Shown here in pieces: positions 39,020 to 50,300 of a stretch of DNA of 64,000 nucleotides. Where the stretch lies: positions 27,505 through 91,504 of the forward strand of contig CAXBMO010000025.1 in assembly GCA_963977015.1 (NCBI GenBank). Reading direction: 5' to 3'. Below the pieces are notes generated by a model that worked only from the letters and a program-made list of their open reading frames with translations, was not told the DNA's origin and searched no databases. The translations under genes were made by a program, and so were the position numbers. Position 1 is the first letter of the stretch. Each line of letters opens with the position of its first letter. The stretch is from an uncultured bacterium (GTDB lineage Bacteria; Verrucomicrobiota; Verrucomicrobiia; Verrucomicrobiales; DEV007).

Positions 39020-39100
39020 GTAGTGGAGGGTCTCCGCACCCGACCTGTTGCCAAAGCCTGCTTCCGAGGCAATGCAGCGGGTGCGGAGACCCTTTTCTAC
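39020..39100. repeat. REPIN-like inverted doublet of GTAG-type REP elements
   Basis: GTAGTGGAGGGTCTCCGCACCCG (39020-39042) ... CGGGTGCGGAGACCCTTTTCTAC (39078-39100); the spacer is also partly palindromic. Confidence 0.7.
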
Positions 39101-39173
39101 TTTGGCCACCCTCCGATCGACATCCTCACCCCTACGCCATTCGATTGCTCGCCCTCACGCAAATCCTGCCCAC

Positions 39174-39208
39174 TTTTTTGTCCAAAAGATCCGTCCTTCC
39201 GCGGACCT
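39174..39208 (+). promoter_or_regulatory. Motif TGTCCA-N18-GGACCT (copy 2), upstream of the sulfatase
   Basis: Also shares the spacer ATCCGTCCTTC with copy 1. Confidence 0.6.
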
Positions 39209-39248
39209 GTCTGGTAGCTTGTTCTTTCGGCTATCATGAGATCCCACC

Positions 39249-41009
39249 ATGAAAACCCTTCTTTCCTTTTCGGTCTTCTGTCTGTCGGCAATGGTCGCCA
39301 CAGCCGCGGGCGGAGAGCGTCCCAACATCATCCTGTTTCTGATCGACGATCAGAACCCGTCGAGCATCGCCGCCTTTGGGGGCGACACCTACACTCCCCA
39401 TCTCGATCGCAAGGCTGAGGAAGGCATGAAGTTCACTCGGGCCTATGTCAGCAGCTCGGTTTGCACGCCGTCCCGATACAGTTTCCTGACGGGTCGGTTT
39501 GCGGGGAATTCGCATAGTGAACTCTACGCCGAAGCAGTCGGCAGCGCGGAAAACCAAGGGCTTCCCGGTTTCAATGTCGCCCTCGAGCGCGACAAGATGA
39601 ATGTCGGCAATGTTCTCCGTGAAGCCGGTTATACCACCGGGTTCGTCGGGAAATTTCACCTCACATCCCGATTCGACTTTCCGGAGTTTTACCAAGGAAA
39701 TAACAAATGGATCGAGATTCCCAAAGATGCGAGTCCCGGGCCGGAAACCTCGGCTCAGTTCGCACACAACGAACGCTGGATGCGTCGCTACCTAAAAGAA
39801 CTGGGCTTTTCCTGGGCGAAGAATGTTTACCCGGAAAACTCGCACCCACCCTATTCCGAACACAACCCGGAGTGGACGACGGTGGCAGCTCTCGAGTTTA
39901 TTGAAGAAAACACGGACGGCCCCTTTTACCTTCATCTTTGCAGCACCCTGCTCCACGGGCCGGACAAGTCCTGGCGACGCTCCATGGATCACCCGCTCAT
40001 TACCGGAGAGGGAGAAGTGGAAAGCCTTCCCGAGGTCATGACGCCGCGCGCCGAGCTTCTCAAGACCATCGCGGAACGCGGGTTCGATCCCGACAGCCAC
40101 GTGGCGGGTGAAGCCTGGATCGACGATTCGCTCGGGGCGGTGATGCGAAAGCTTGCGGAACTCGGAATCGACGACAACACGCTGGTGTTCTTTGCGCCCG
40201 ATCACGGTCGCGATGGCAAAGCCTCCGTCTTTTCCCATGGGGCGGCTCAAGTGCCCATGATCATGCGCTGGCCACGCGGAATACCCACCGGGCAGGTGTG
40301 TGAGGAACTCGTCCAGAATATCGATCTCGTGCCCACCTTCTTCGAACTGGGGGAAGCGGAGAAACCCGAATCGTACCGGATCGATGGACGGAGTCTCACC
40401 CCTCTGTTCAAGAACGGAACCGACGACGGTTGGCGGGATCACCTTTATCTCGAGATGGGCGCAGCACGGGCAACCGTCACGAAAGACTGGTCCTACATTG
40501 CCGTTCGCTACACCCAGGATCAGATCGCTGCCATTCAACGCGCCACCCCGCAAAAATTACCCAAAGCTATGTCTTACATCGGACGTCTCGGCATCGGCGT
40601 TCGAGGAGCCGAACGCCCCGGATTTTTTGACGAGGATCAGCTCTACCACCTGAACCGGGATCCGAAGGAAATGGAGAACCTCGCGTATCATCCGGAACAG
40701 GCCACTCGCCTGAAAGAGATGCGCGAACTCATGCAGCAGGGCCTCGAAGCCATCGGTCGTCCTTTTGGAGAGTTCATTCCCGGAGGGAACGCCGCCGAAC
40801 CCGGCCAGATTGACAAGCAGATCGAAATCGTGAAACAACTCGAAATCCGGGGCAAAAAAGTAACGGTGCCGGAGGGGTTGAAGAAACATCCGGGAGTGAC
40901 TGAGGAACCCACGTCGGACGACAGAGCGAAGAAAAAAACGAAACGCGAGGCGCGTAGGATGGCTCGCGAGCAAGGCAAAGTAAACGTTCAGGGAAACTCA
41001 GACGAATAG
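39249..41009 (+). CDS. Formylglycine-dependent sulfatase (S1 family), secreted
   Basis: Signal peptide; RPNIILFLIDDQ, CTPSRYSFLTG (CxPxR), GYTTGFVGKFHL, PDHG, LYHLNRDPKEMENLA; basic C-terminal tail. Confidence 0.93.
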   Translation: MKTLLSFSVFCLSAMVATAAGGERPNIILFLIDDQNPSSIAAFGGDTYTPHLDRKAEEGMKFTRAYVSSSVCTPSRYSFLTGRFAGNSHSELYAEAVGSAENQGLPGFNVALERDKMNVGNVLREAGYTTGFVGKFHLTSRFDFPEFYQGNNKWIEIPKDASPGPETSAQFAHNERWMRRYLKELGFSWAKNVYPENSHPPYSEHNPEWTTVAALEFIEENTDGPFYLHLCSTLLHGPDKSWRRSMDHPLITGEGEVESLPEVMTPRAELLKTIAERGFDPDSHVAGEAWIDDSLGAVMRKLAELGIDDNTLVFFAPDHGRDGKASVFSHGAAQVPMIMRWPRGIPTGQVCEELVQNIDLVPTFFELGEAEKPESYRIDGRSLTPLFKNGTDDGWRDHLYLEMGAARATVTKDWSYIAVRYTQDQIAAIQRATPQKLPKAMSYIGRLGIGVRGAERPGFFDEDQLYHLNRDPKEMENLAYHPEQATRLKEMRELMQQGLEAIGRPFGEFIPGGNAAEPGQIDKQIEIVKQLEIRGKKVTVPEGLKKHPGVTEEPTSDDRAKKKTKREARRMAREQGKVNVQGNSDE

Positions 41010-41133
41010 TCTCTCGAAATATTCTATCACTCGGTTTCTTCTGAGCCTGTTAGTCTCAAGCTCGGGGTAGCGCATCCTGAGGCAACCTGCTCCCATTTCA
41101 TTGCCTGAAGTCTTCCAGCGCGAGAAAGTAGAA

Positions 41134-41168
41134 TTTTTTTGTCCAATTTCAGGGTGTATCGTGGACCT
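41134..41168 (+). promoter_or_regulatory. Motif TGTCCA-N17-GGACCT (copy 3), upstream of the third DUF1552 gene
   Basis: TTTTTTTGTCCAATTTCAGGGTGTATCGTGGACCT. Confidence 0.55.
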
Positions 41169-41259
41169 CATGTGAGACCTCTGGCGTCGTGGCAAGCTTG
41201 GCGCCTCAGCCGGTATCTACGGGAGTTGATAAAGCTCCCAACTGTCGTTTCCTACCATC

Positions 41260-42552
41260 ATGAACTCCCCCTTCAATCGCCGCCACTTCCTTCGCGGAAC
41301 CGGAGCGCTCATTGCTCTGCCCGCCCTCGAATCCATCGGCTTCCGACGCTTTGCCAGCGCTGCCGCCACCTCTGTCCCCTCCTCCGTTCCACCCAAGCGC
41401 GCCGTTTTTCTCGGCATCGGCTTCGGGGTAACCAAGGAGACCTGGTTTCCGGACGTCAACCAAACCGGCGGCGACTATGAACTTTCCGAGGGGCTCGCTC
41501 CGCTCGCCCGCCACCAGGCCGATATCACCGTGGTGCAGGGCTGCGCGAACCAGTACACCAACGAAGCCCACTGGGGCAGCACGTTCTGGCTCACGGGCGC
41601 CAATCGTTATTCCGTCCCCGGCCAGAACATGGCCAACAGCATTTCCGCCGACCAGGTCGTCGCGCAACACCTGGGTCAGGACACCCGTTTCTCTTCCCTC
41701 CATCTCAACGCCTCCGAACTTCAGGGTCACGGCCCCGGACTTTCCCTGGCTTGGAATCAACGGGGCAAGCCCGTCGCCGGGCAGGACGACCCCGTCCAGG
41801 TTTTCCACAAGCTCTTCTCGACCGACGACATGCCGCTGGAACAACGCCAAGCCGCCATCGCCGGGAACCGCAGCGTCCTCGACGCCGTGCTCAGCGAAGC
41901 CAAGCGCATGCAGCGCGGTCTCTCCAAGACCGACACCGACAAGCTCGACGAATACTTTCAGGGCATTCGCGACATCGAGACTCGCCTCAACAAGGACGAA
42001 GACTGGCTTGACGTTCCCAAGGCGAAAGCGCCCCTCGACGAGCCCGAACCCGGGTTGAAGGGGAAGGCTGAGATCGAGATCATGCAGGACCTCATCGTCG
42101 CCGCCTTGCAGACGGACAGCACGCGTTCGCTCACTTACCGCATGCCCGGCAACACGCTCCTGCAGAGTCTCGAAATCAAACACAGCGCCCACAATGTGAG
42201 CCACTACTCACCCGGCGAACGCATGGAGGCCTCCAAGCTGCGCGACAAGGCCCACAGCGAGCTCCTGGCTCGACTCATCGACAAGCTCAAGGCTACGAAG
42301 GAAGCCGACGGCTCCAGTCTCTTCGACCACACCACGGTGGCTTTCGGCTCGAACATCAGCTCGATCCACTACCTGACCAACTGCCCAACGGTCCTCACCG
42401 GCGGCGGAGCGAATCTCAAGCTCGGTCAGCATCTCGCGCTGCCGAAGGACACGCCGCTGTGCAACGTGTGGCTGACGATGCTCCAAGGCATGGGGATCGA
42501 GACCGAGCGGCATGGAGACAGCTCGGGAATCGTGAAGGAACTGCAGGGATAG
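41260..42552 (+). CDS. DUF1552 family protein, close paralog of 25569-26855
   Basis: Long identical stretches shared with 25569-26855 (e.g. NQYTNEAHWGSTFWLTGANRYSVPGQNMANSIS). Confidence 0.9.
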   Translation: MNSPFNRRHFLRGTGALIALPALESIGFRRFASAAATSVPSSVPPKRAVFLGIGFGVTKETWFPDVNQTGGDYELSEGLAPLARHQADITVVQGCANQYTNEAHWGSTFWLTGANRYSVPGQNMANSISADQVVAQHLGQDTRFSSLHLNASELQGHGPGLSLAWNQRGKPVAGQDDPVQVFHKLFSTDDMPLEQRQAAIAGNRSVLDAVLSEAKRMQRGLSKTDTDKLDEYFQGIRDIETRLNKDEDWLDVPKAKAPLDEPEPGLKGKAEIEIMQDLIVAALQTDSTRSLTYRMPGNTLLQSLEIKHSAHNVSHYSPGERMEASKLRDKAHSELLARLIDKLKATKEADGSSLFDHTTVAFGSNISSIHYLTNCPTVLTGGGANLKLGQHLALPKDTPLCNVWLTMLQGMGIETERHGDSSGIVKELQG

Positions 42553-42861
42553 CGAGGAAACCGACAACGGAGAAGATGAACCTTTCACCCCAACCCCTCA
42601 CTTCGCGACGTAGCGGAATTTGCAAAAAATTCCGACTCCTGCCGTGGCGACTTTCGGAAGATCTCGCATCTTCCGCTACGCTACTTGCCTGTCTGCTGCC
42701 TCTCCACTTTTCTTTGGCTGCGGATGACACCAGACCCGAGCTCCCCGAAAAGCACCTCGCCTTCCTCGAAAAATACTGCCTCGAGTGCCACGACGCGCTC
42801 ACGGAAAAGGGCAAAGTCAACCTTGAAGACATCCCCTTTCAGCAACTCTGTTTTTCTGTCT

Positions 42862-43985
<1,124 letters not shown>

Positions 43986-46900
43986 TCTGGCTCTAACACA
44001 GCCAAATGGCGATTCAAGATTGCACGGATACAACAACCAAGGTCAGCACGATCGCTGAAGCCGAGCTCTGGCAAAAAGTCCTCAACTCGATGAACTCCGG
44101 CGAGATGCCTCCCGAAGACGAGCTCCAGCCGGAGAACACGGAGAAGGCCGACTTCCTCGACGCCCTCGCCCAAACCATGGTCGCAGCGCGGCGATCGCTC
44201 TCCGACTCGGGCGGCGAGATCACGATGCGTCGTCTCAATCAACGAGAATACCAGAACACGATCCAGCACCTGCTCGGCGTCAGAGTGGATGTCAGCACCC
44301 TGCCATCCGATGGCGGCTCCGGAACCTTCGATACCGTGGGCGCTTCGCAGTTCATCTCCAGCGATCAGATCGAGCAGTATCTGAAACTCGGACTCAGCGC
44401 GATCGACGAATTGTTCGAACGTCAGGCGGCGATGGGACAGGACGCAAAAACCTTCCGGGTCGAACCGGAGACCACCGTCAATGTGCAGAGCCGCAAGAAC
44501 ATGGCAAAAATGGAGGAGGTGCAGGAACGCTACCTGCTCTGGAAAGCCGAGGTGGACAAGGCGGCCCTCCTTCCTGAGAACGAGGAAGTTCTCGCGCGGC
44601 TCCGCGAGAAGTACAAGCTCGACGACCTCACCAACAGCATCCGGCTCTATCAGAACGCCAACCTGCTCAAAGGAGCCCCGGATGCCACGAAGTTTGGCTT
44701 CCGCGACGCCAACGCCGCGTCCTTTTCATTCCAAGGCGGATACGGCCGGTCCCACGCCTACCTAAAGCACTATCTTGAGCTTCCTCACTGTGATCGAGGA
44801 ACCTATCTCAAGCTCGCCTGGGGGATCCAGCGCATCGACGTTCTCCCGGATCCGAAAGACGTTCCTCCGGGGACTTACAAGCTCAGGATTCGGGCCGGCA
44901 CGGTGGAAGGTTCCGATCCTTCCCGCCATTTCATTGAGTTCGGCCACCCGCAACGCGTCAACCAGGTTCCGGCCGGATTCTCCAGCCTGCCGATCGGAAG
45001 CCTCCAAGTCACGGGCACGGTCGAGACCCCTGAGATCATCGAGACCACCATCGAAATCGGACTGGACACCCCGCGCGAATTTGGCATCCAGGAACGCAGC
45101 CCTACCAACGGCAAAAGTGTTCGCACTGAATTCTACCGTCACAAGCGGGAGAACGGCTACGGCACGCCTCCCGCGATCTGGGTGGATTGGGTTGAGTTGG
45201 AGGGCCCGCATGAAACCACACCGAAGAGCTGGAAGCAACATCGCGAAGTCGAGGAGCATGCCAACGCCAAGGTCGGCGGAACCTACAATGGCTACTTCAA
45301 AGGCGGCCACGAAAGGGCCGTGGCCTTCCTCGAAACCGGCGAGCCTCAAAAAGGCATCACCGACGAACAGGAAGCGAAGTTTCGCATTCGAGCGTTTGAA
45401 GAAAACGGTCCGACCTTTCGCCGTTACCTCGAAGATCCGCTTACGAAGACCGGCTCATTTCTGACCATCCACAACCTGAACACGGAAGAGTTCATCGCCT
45501 TACCTCCGGAGCAGCCCTCTGGCTGGCGAAAGACGAAGCATGTGGTCGAGGAACTGCCCCCCGGCGAATACAAACTGCGCTTTCGTATCGGCACTGTCGA
45601 GGGCACACCCGAGGAACAGCACTTCGTCGATCTGGGTAGCGTTCCTGACAAGAATCAATTCATCCACCTGGCCACCTATCAGGTAACCGGCTCTACAGAC
45701 GAACCGGAGATCATTGAGGTTCCCGTCTCACTCACTCAGTCCGGCCCTCGCAAATTTGCGCTCCGAGAGAAGCGCGATCCAAAGGGCGATCTCGCTCGCT
45801 ACCGCGCCGCCCTCAAACAGACCGGCGTCGGCCCGAAACCCGCCCTGTGGATCGACTGGGTAGAGTGGGAAGGCCCGCTCGATTCGCCCAACAGCGCGTC
45901 CGCGGGGATGGATTGGTTGGTGAGTAGCGACGCTGATCCAGATGAGTCGTCGCGGGCCCGGAAGACCCTCGAACAATTCGCGTTCCGAGCCTTCCGGGGA
46001 GTCCGCCCGGAGAGCGATTTCCTCGATCGTCTGGCGGCGATCTTCGATGCTCGTCGCGCCGCGGGCGATCCGTTTGATATCGCGATTCGAACGCCGCTCA
46101 GCGTCATTCTCGCCTCGCCCGGTTTTCTCTATTTGAATGAACCGAGCAATGAATCCGAACGCCGCGAACTCACCGATCGCGAACTCGCCGTGCGCCTCGC
46201 CTACTTCCTTTGGAGCGCGCCGCCCGATCAGCAGCTGCTGGATCACGCCGAACGAAACGAACTGAGCAAACCGGAAATCCTCCGACAACAGGTCGATCGT
46301 CTCATTGCCGATTCGCGCTCCGATGAATTCGTCTCCGGCTTTGTGCATCAGTGGCTCGATATGGAGCGTCTCGACTTCTTCCAATTCGATACCACGCTGC
46401 ACCGCCAGTTTGACGAAAGCACGCGGTCCGCCTGTCGCGAGGAAGTCTATCAATCCTTCGCCCATCTGTTTCGTGATTCTGAGCATGGCCGACTCGGCAA
46501 TCTGCTCAAGAGCGACTACATCTTCGTCAACGGCCTGCTCGCCACCTACTATGGTATCGAAGACGTTACGGGGGATGAATTCCAAAAAATCAGCCTGCCC
46601 GCGGACTCACCACGTGGTGGATTGTTAGGCATGGCCGCGATCCACGCCATGGGAAGCGACGGCATCGAGAGCAGCCCCGTCGAACGCGGCGCCTGGGTCC
46701 TGCGCCATCTGCTCCACGATCCCCCGCCTCCAGCTCCGCCCAATGTTCCGCAACTCTCCCGCCTCGCGGACAAACCGCTAACCACTCGTGAAAAACTGGC
46801 CGCGCACATGGAGGAAGCCCAATGCGCCAGTTGCCATCGCAAGATCGACCCAATCGGCTTCGGTCTGGAGAACTTCAACGCAGCCGGCAAGTGGCGAACC

Positions 46901-47396
46901 GAGGAAGGAAAAGGCAAACGCGCCCACGAAATCGATCCCTCCGGCGCATTTCACAACGGCCCCGAGTTCGCCGACTACTTCGAGCTACGCGACCGGATTG
47001 CCAATCGCGAGGCCGACTTCGCCCGCGGCTTCACCGAGCATCTGATAGGCTATGGACTAGGGCGCCCCTTCGGCTTCACCGACGAGGATCTTGCCAACGA
47101 GATGACCGCAGGAGCAAAAGCCAAGAATTACGCCATCATCGAGTTCATTCAGGCGCTGGTCCAGAGCGAGCCGTTTCATCACAAGTAGCCACGAAAATCA
47201 GATCACGGTCTCTGCTCCTGCAACGTACGCAATCCGCGCCTGTCGTGATTGTTTATTGTGGACGATCTTGGCAACACTGATGTGGACTTGACCAAGGAGT
47301 CGATTCTCCGCACCTTCCGCTCGGGGGAAACGAATCTGCGGATTCCTAAAGTCGGAACGTCCCATGATTCTCCTTTCGTAATCTCCCACTTCCCGC

Positions 47397-50300
47397 TTGA
47401 CGAAACCAGCGTCTTTTGACGAGGATGCCGAGCAGCAGGAGGATATGGAACCACTTCTTGAATCATTAGCAAACCGCTCCTTCAATTGGGCCAAAGCACA
47501 CGCTTTGGCGAAGGTGAGTGATCTCTGCTATGAAGACCCGGCCCAGGGACAGGCAATCGCCCTTTCAAAATGGGGATTCCAGACCTGCCAATTTTTTAAA
47601 GTGGGCGATACCCAAGGCCTAGTGGCGTCAACTCCGGATGCCCTGGTCGTTGGATTCCGGGGGACCAAGGAACCTCGGACGTGGCTGAAAAACATCCAAA
47701 TCCAAACGGTGGAGGAGCCATATTACCGTGTTCACCAGGGATTTTTCAAAGGATTCAACTTGGTTCGCGACATCGTGTGGGAGAAAATGGAGGCAGTGGA
47801 GCCCAACTCCAAAATGCTTTGGCTCACCGGTCACAGCTACGGAGGTGCCCTAGCGACCATCCTTGCCACAGAGTTCTCGGGAACCTACAAACCGGACGGC
47901 ATTTATACCTTTGGGCAGCCCTGCACCGGCAAAGAGGACTTTGCTTACTACTTTGACTGGCACTTCCATGGCCGCTCTTTCCGCTTCGTCTATGGGGACG
48001 ACGTCATTACCAAACTTCCCCCGGGCTACTCTCATGTGAAGAGCCTCGTGCAGTTGGGAGACCAACGGTCCTCAGCGAATCCACAAGGTCCCGAGTTGCT
48101 CACCAACAGCGAGTTTGATCAGCTTCAACAAGAACTTGAGGACGAAGAGCTGCGTGGAAAAGCATTGGGTTTGTTAGGCAAGCTTGTTGATCATGACCTG
48201 GAGCTCTACCTGAACAAACTTGAGGAGAAACTACTTCAGGAGCCGGACTTGACAAAACGATGGGCGAAGCCGGATTTGGCGATCCCGCGATTGTTGAAGA
48301 GCCCCATCAAAACGGCAAAAGCCGCGCCGCCCAAACCCCCGCCGTATCTCGCCAAGCTTGAAGCCCTGCGGAGAAAACAACCGGAATCTCTCTTTCCTTC
48401 TCCGGCAGAGCAAGCTCCCCTCTCCGTGCACATTGTCTGGAGCCAGCATGAGGCTAAAGACGGTCCTAGCCCAGTGGTCGCGAAGTCACTGTTTGAGTTT
48501 TTGAGTCATCGCCTCGAGAATCAGCCCAATCTGGAAGCGGGAGTCGGAATCCCTGTCTATGCGGGACACCACTTTGACGCGGTCGAAAAGAAAATCGCCA
48601 ATCTCCAGGAATGGATCAAGGGCTATGATCTGCAGTTGAGATCCTATGCGAACGCGGATGCATTGCCACAATCAGGACGTTCGCTTGCCGTCATGGCTCG
48701 TTCAGGCGAGGGTTTACTTTTCAAGGGATTCGATTCCAACGGAGAGCCCTTCGAGAGATCGGAAGCGGACATTCCGTCACGCCTGGATGGCCAACGGCAC
48801 CAGCTCAGGAAATTGCTCGACTCGATTTTCCTCAACAAGGAAGAAGAAGATCTTTCCGTCGAAAGCCGCCAGACGCTTCTGGACTCGATGACAACTCTTC
48901 TCAGCCTGCCACCGCTGAGGCTGAAAGATCATCGCGAAATGGAGAGACTCTCGGCTAGCTTGGTTGTGGTGGTCCTGTTGGACAAGAATGCTTCGGTCGA
49001 TGATGAATTAAAGGCGTTCGCCAACCGGATTTTCTATTTGGAAGAGAGCCTCCGCAAAAAGGTCCACGTCATTCCAGTAATCTTGAATGCGACAAGTTCG
49101 ATTCATCTTCCCAGTAGCTTGATTGCTTCTGCTGGGGCGGCATTTCTTCCCAATTATCAGGAGAAAGCCAAATTGGTCTGCCATGAAGTCGCGGTGGAGA
49201 TTTGCCACCTGCTCATGAACAACAAGGACGCAGCGGATATCGAGGAGCAGAAACGGGTGCGGATATTCATCAGCTACGCCCGGGCTGACGAAGAACGATC
49301 TGGCGGCCTCGCCACAAAAATCCGTGACCGAATCGGAAAGAGCCGATTGAAAAGCTTTTTTGACAAGTACGACCTAGATCGCGGCGAGAGCCTCGATCAA
49401 CTCTCTGAAAATCAGAAGCGCTGCCTGACCTTGGTGGTTAGGACCGATTCTTACGCAGAAAGCCCCTATTGCCAGGCCGAGCTTCTCAAAGCGAAACAAC
49501 TCGGGATGCCGCTGGTTTTCATCAACGCCCTCAGCAAAGGGGAGGATCGTGGCTTGGTGTATGGCGGCAATTCCATCAACTTGGTGGCTGAAGGAGGGAA
49601 GGTCGATGAACGATTTCTGGACGAATGCCTCGATGCCTGTCTCAAAGCATGGCTTCGTCATCTTCACTTTGGACTCGCGGCGAGAGTCACCTTCAACCGG
49701 CAGGATATCCCGTTACAGCCGACCTACCTGTCCAGACCGCCGGAACTTCTCGATTTCGCCCAAGGCCCGTTAAGCGGCCAGCAACGCATGGTGCTGATCT
49801 ACCCGGATCCACCGCTGCCTCTCACCGAAACCGATCTCATGCGTAAGAACTACCCGAATGTTCGGTTCGCTACCCCTTCCATGCTCGCTCCGGATATTCT
49901 GCGAAAAACTCCGGTTCCTCCCTTGGACGGCTGGCAGATTGCCTTATCGCTCTCGGATAGTCCTGACCTGGCAGCCGATATTGAGCATGTTTCGGTAGAT
50001 CTGAAAGGCAGTCGCGAAGCCGGGTTACTAAGAGCTCACCTCAATGGCGCGATCGCCTATCTAACTCTGGCCTTGGCCCGTTCGGGCGCCGAATTGGGAT
50101 ATGGCGGACACTTGAACTCGATGGGGCATACTCAGTTGATCTCCGATCTGATCAAGGCGCATCGGCGCAGCAGAGCATCCAAAGGAGAGAGTTTCCTGCT
50201 CCACAGCTACGTGGCAGCGTTCCTCTGGGAAGACAACCTGAAGAAAAAAGACAACGATGACCAGAAGCGCTGGATCGAAGCCCATTTTCATCGCATTCCC

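Noticed and set aside
38773-39291. Small ORFs between tauD-like and sulfatase genes
   Set aside because: They overlap the REP doublet and the promoter motif and have no protein-like features.
44006-44041. ORF-track start MAIQDCTDTTTK for a 1060-aa protein
   Set aside because: These codons lie inside the IS110 end; the true N-terminus is at about 42576-42842.
47190-47420. Possible upstream frameshifted extension of the lipase fusion (VDLTKESILRTFRSGE..)
   Set aside because: Short, with no recognisable motif; cannot be supported without homologs.
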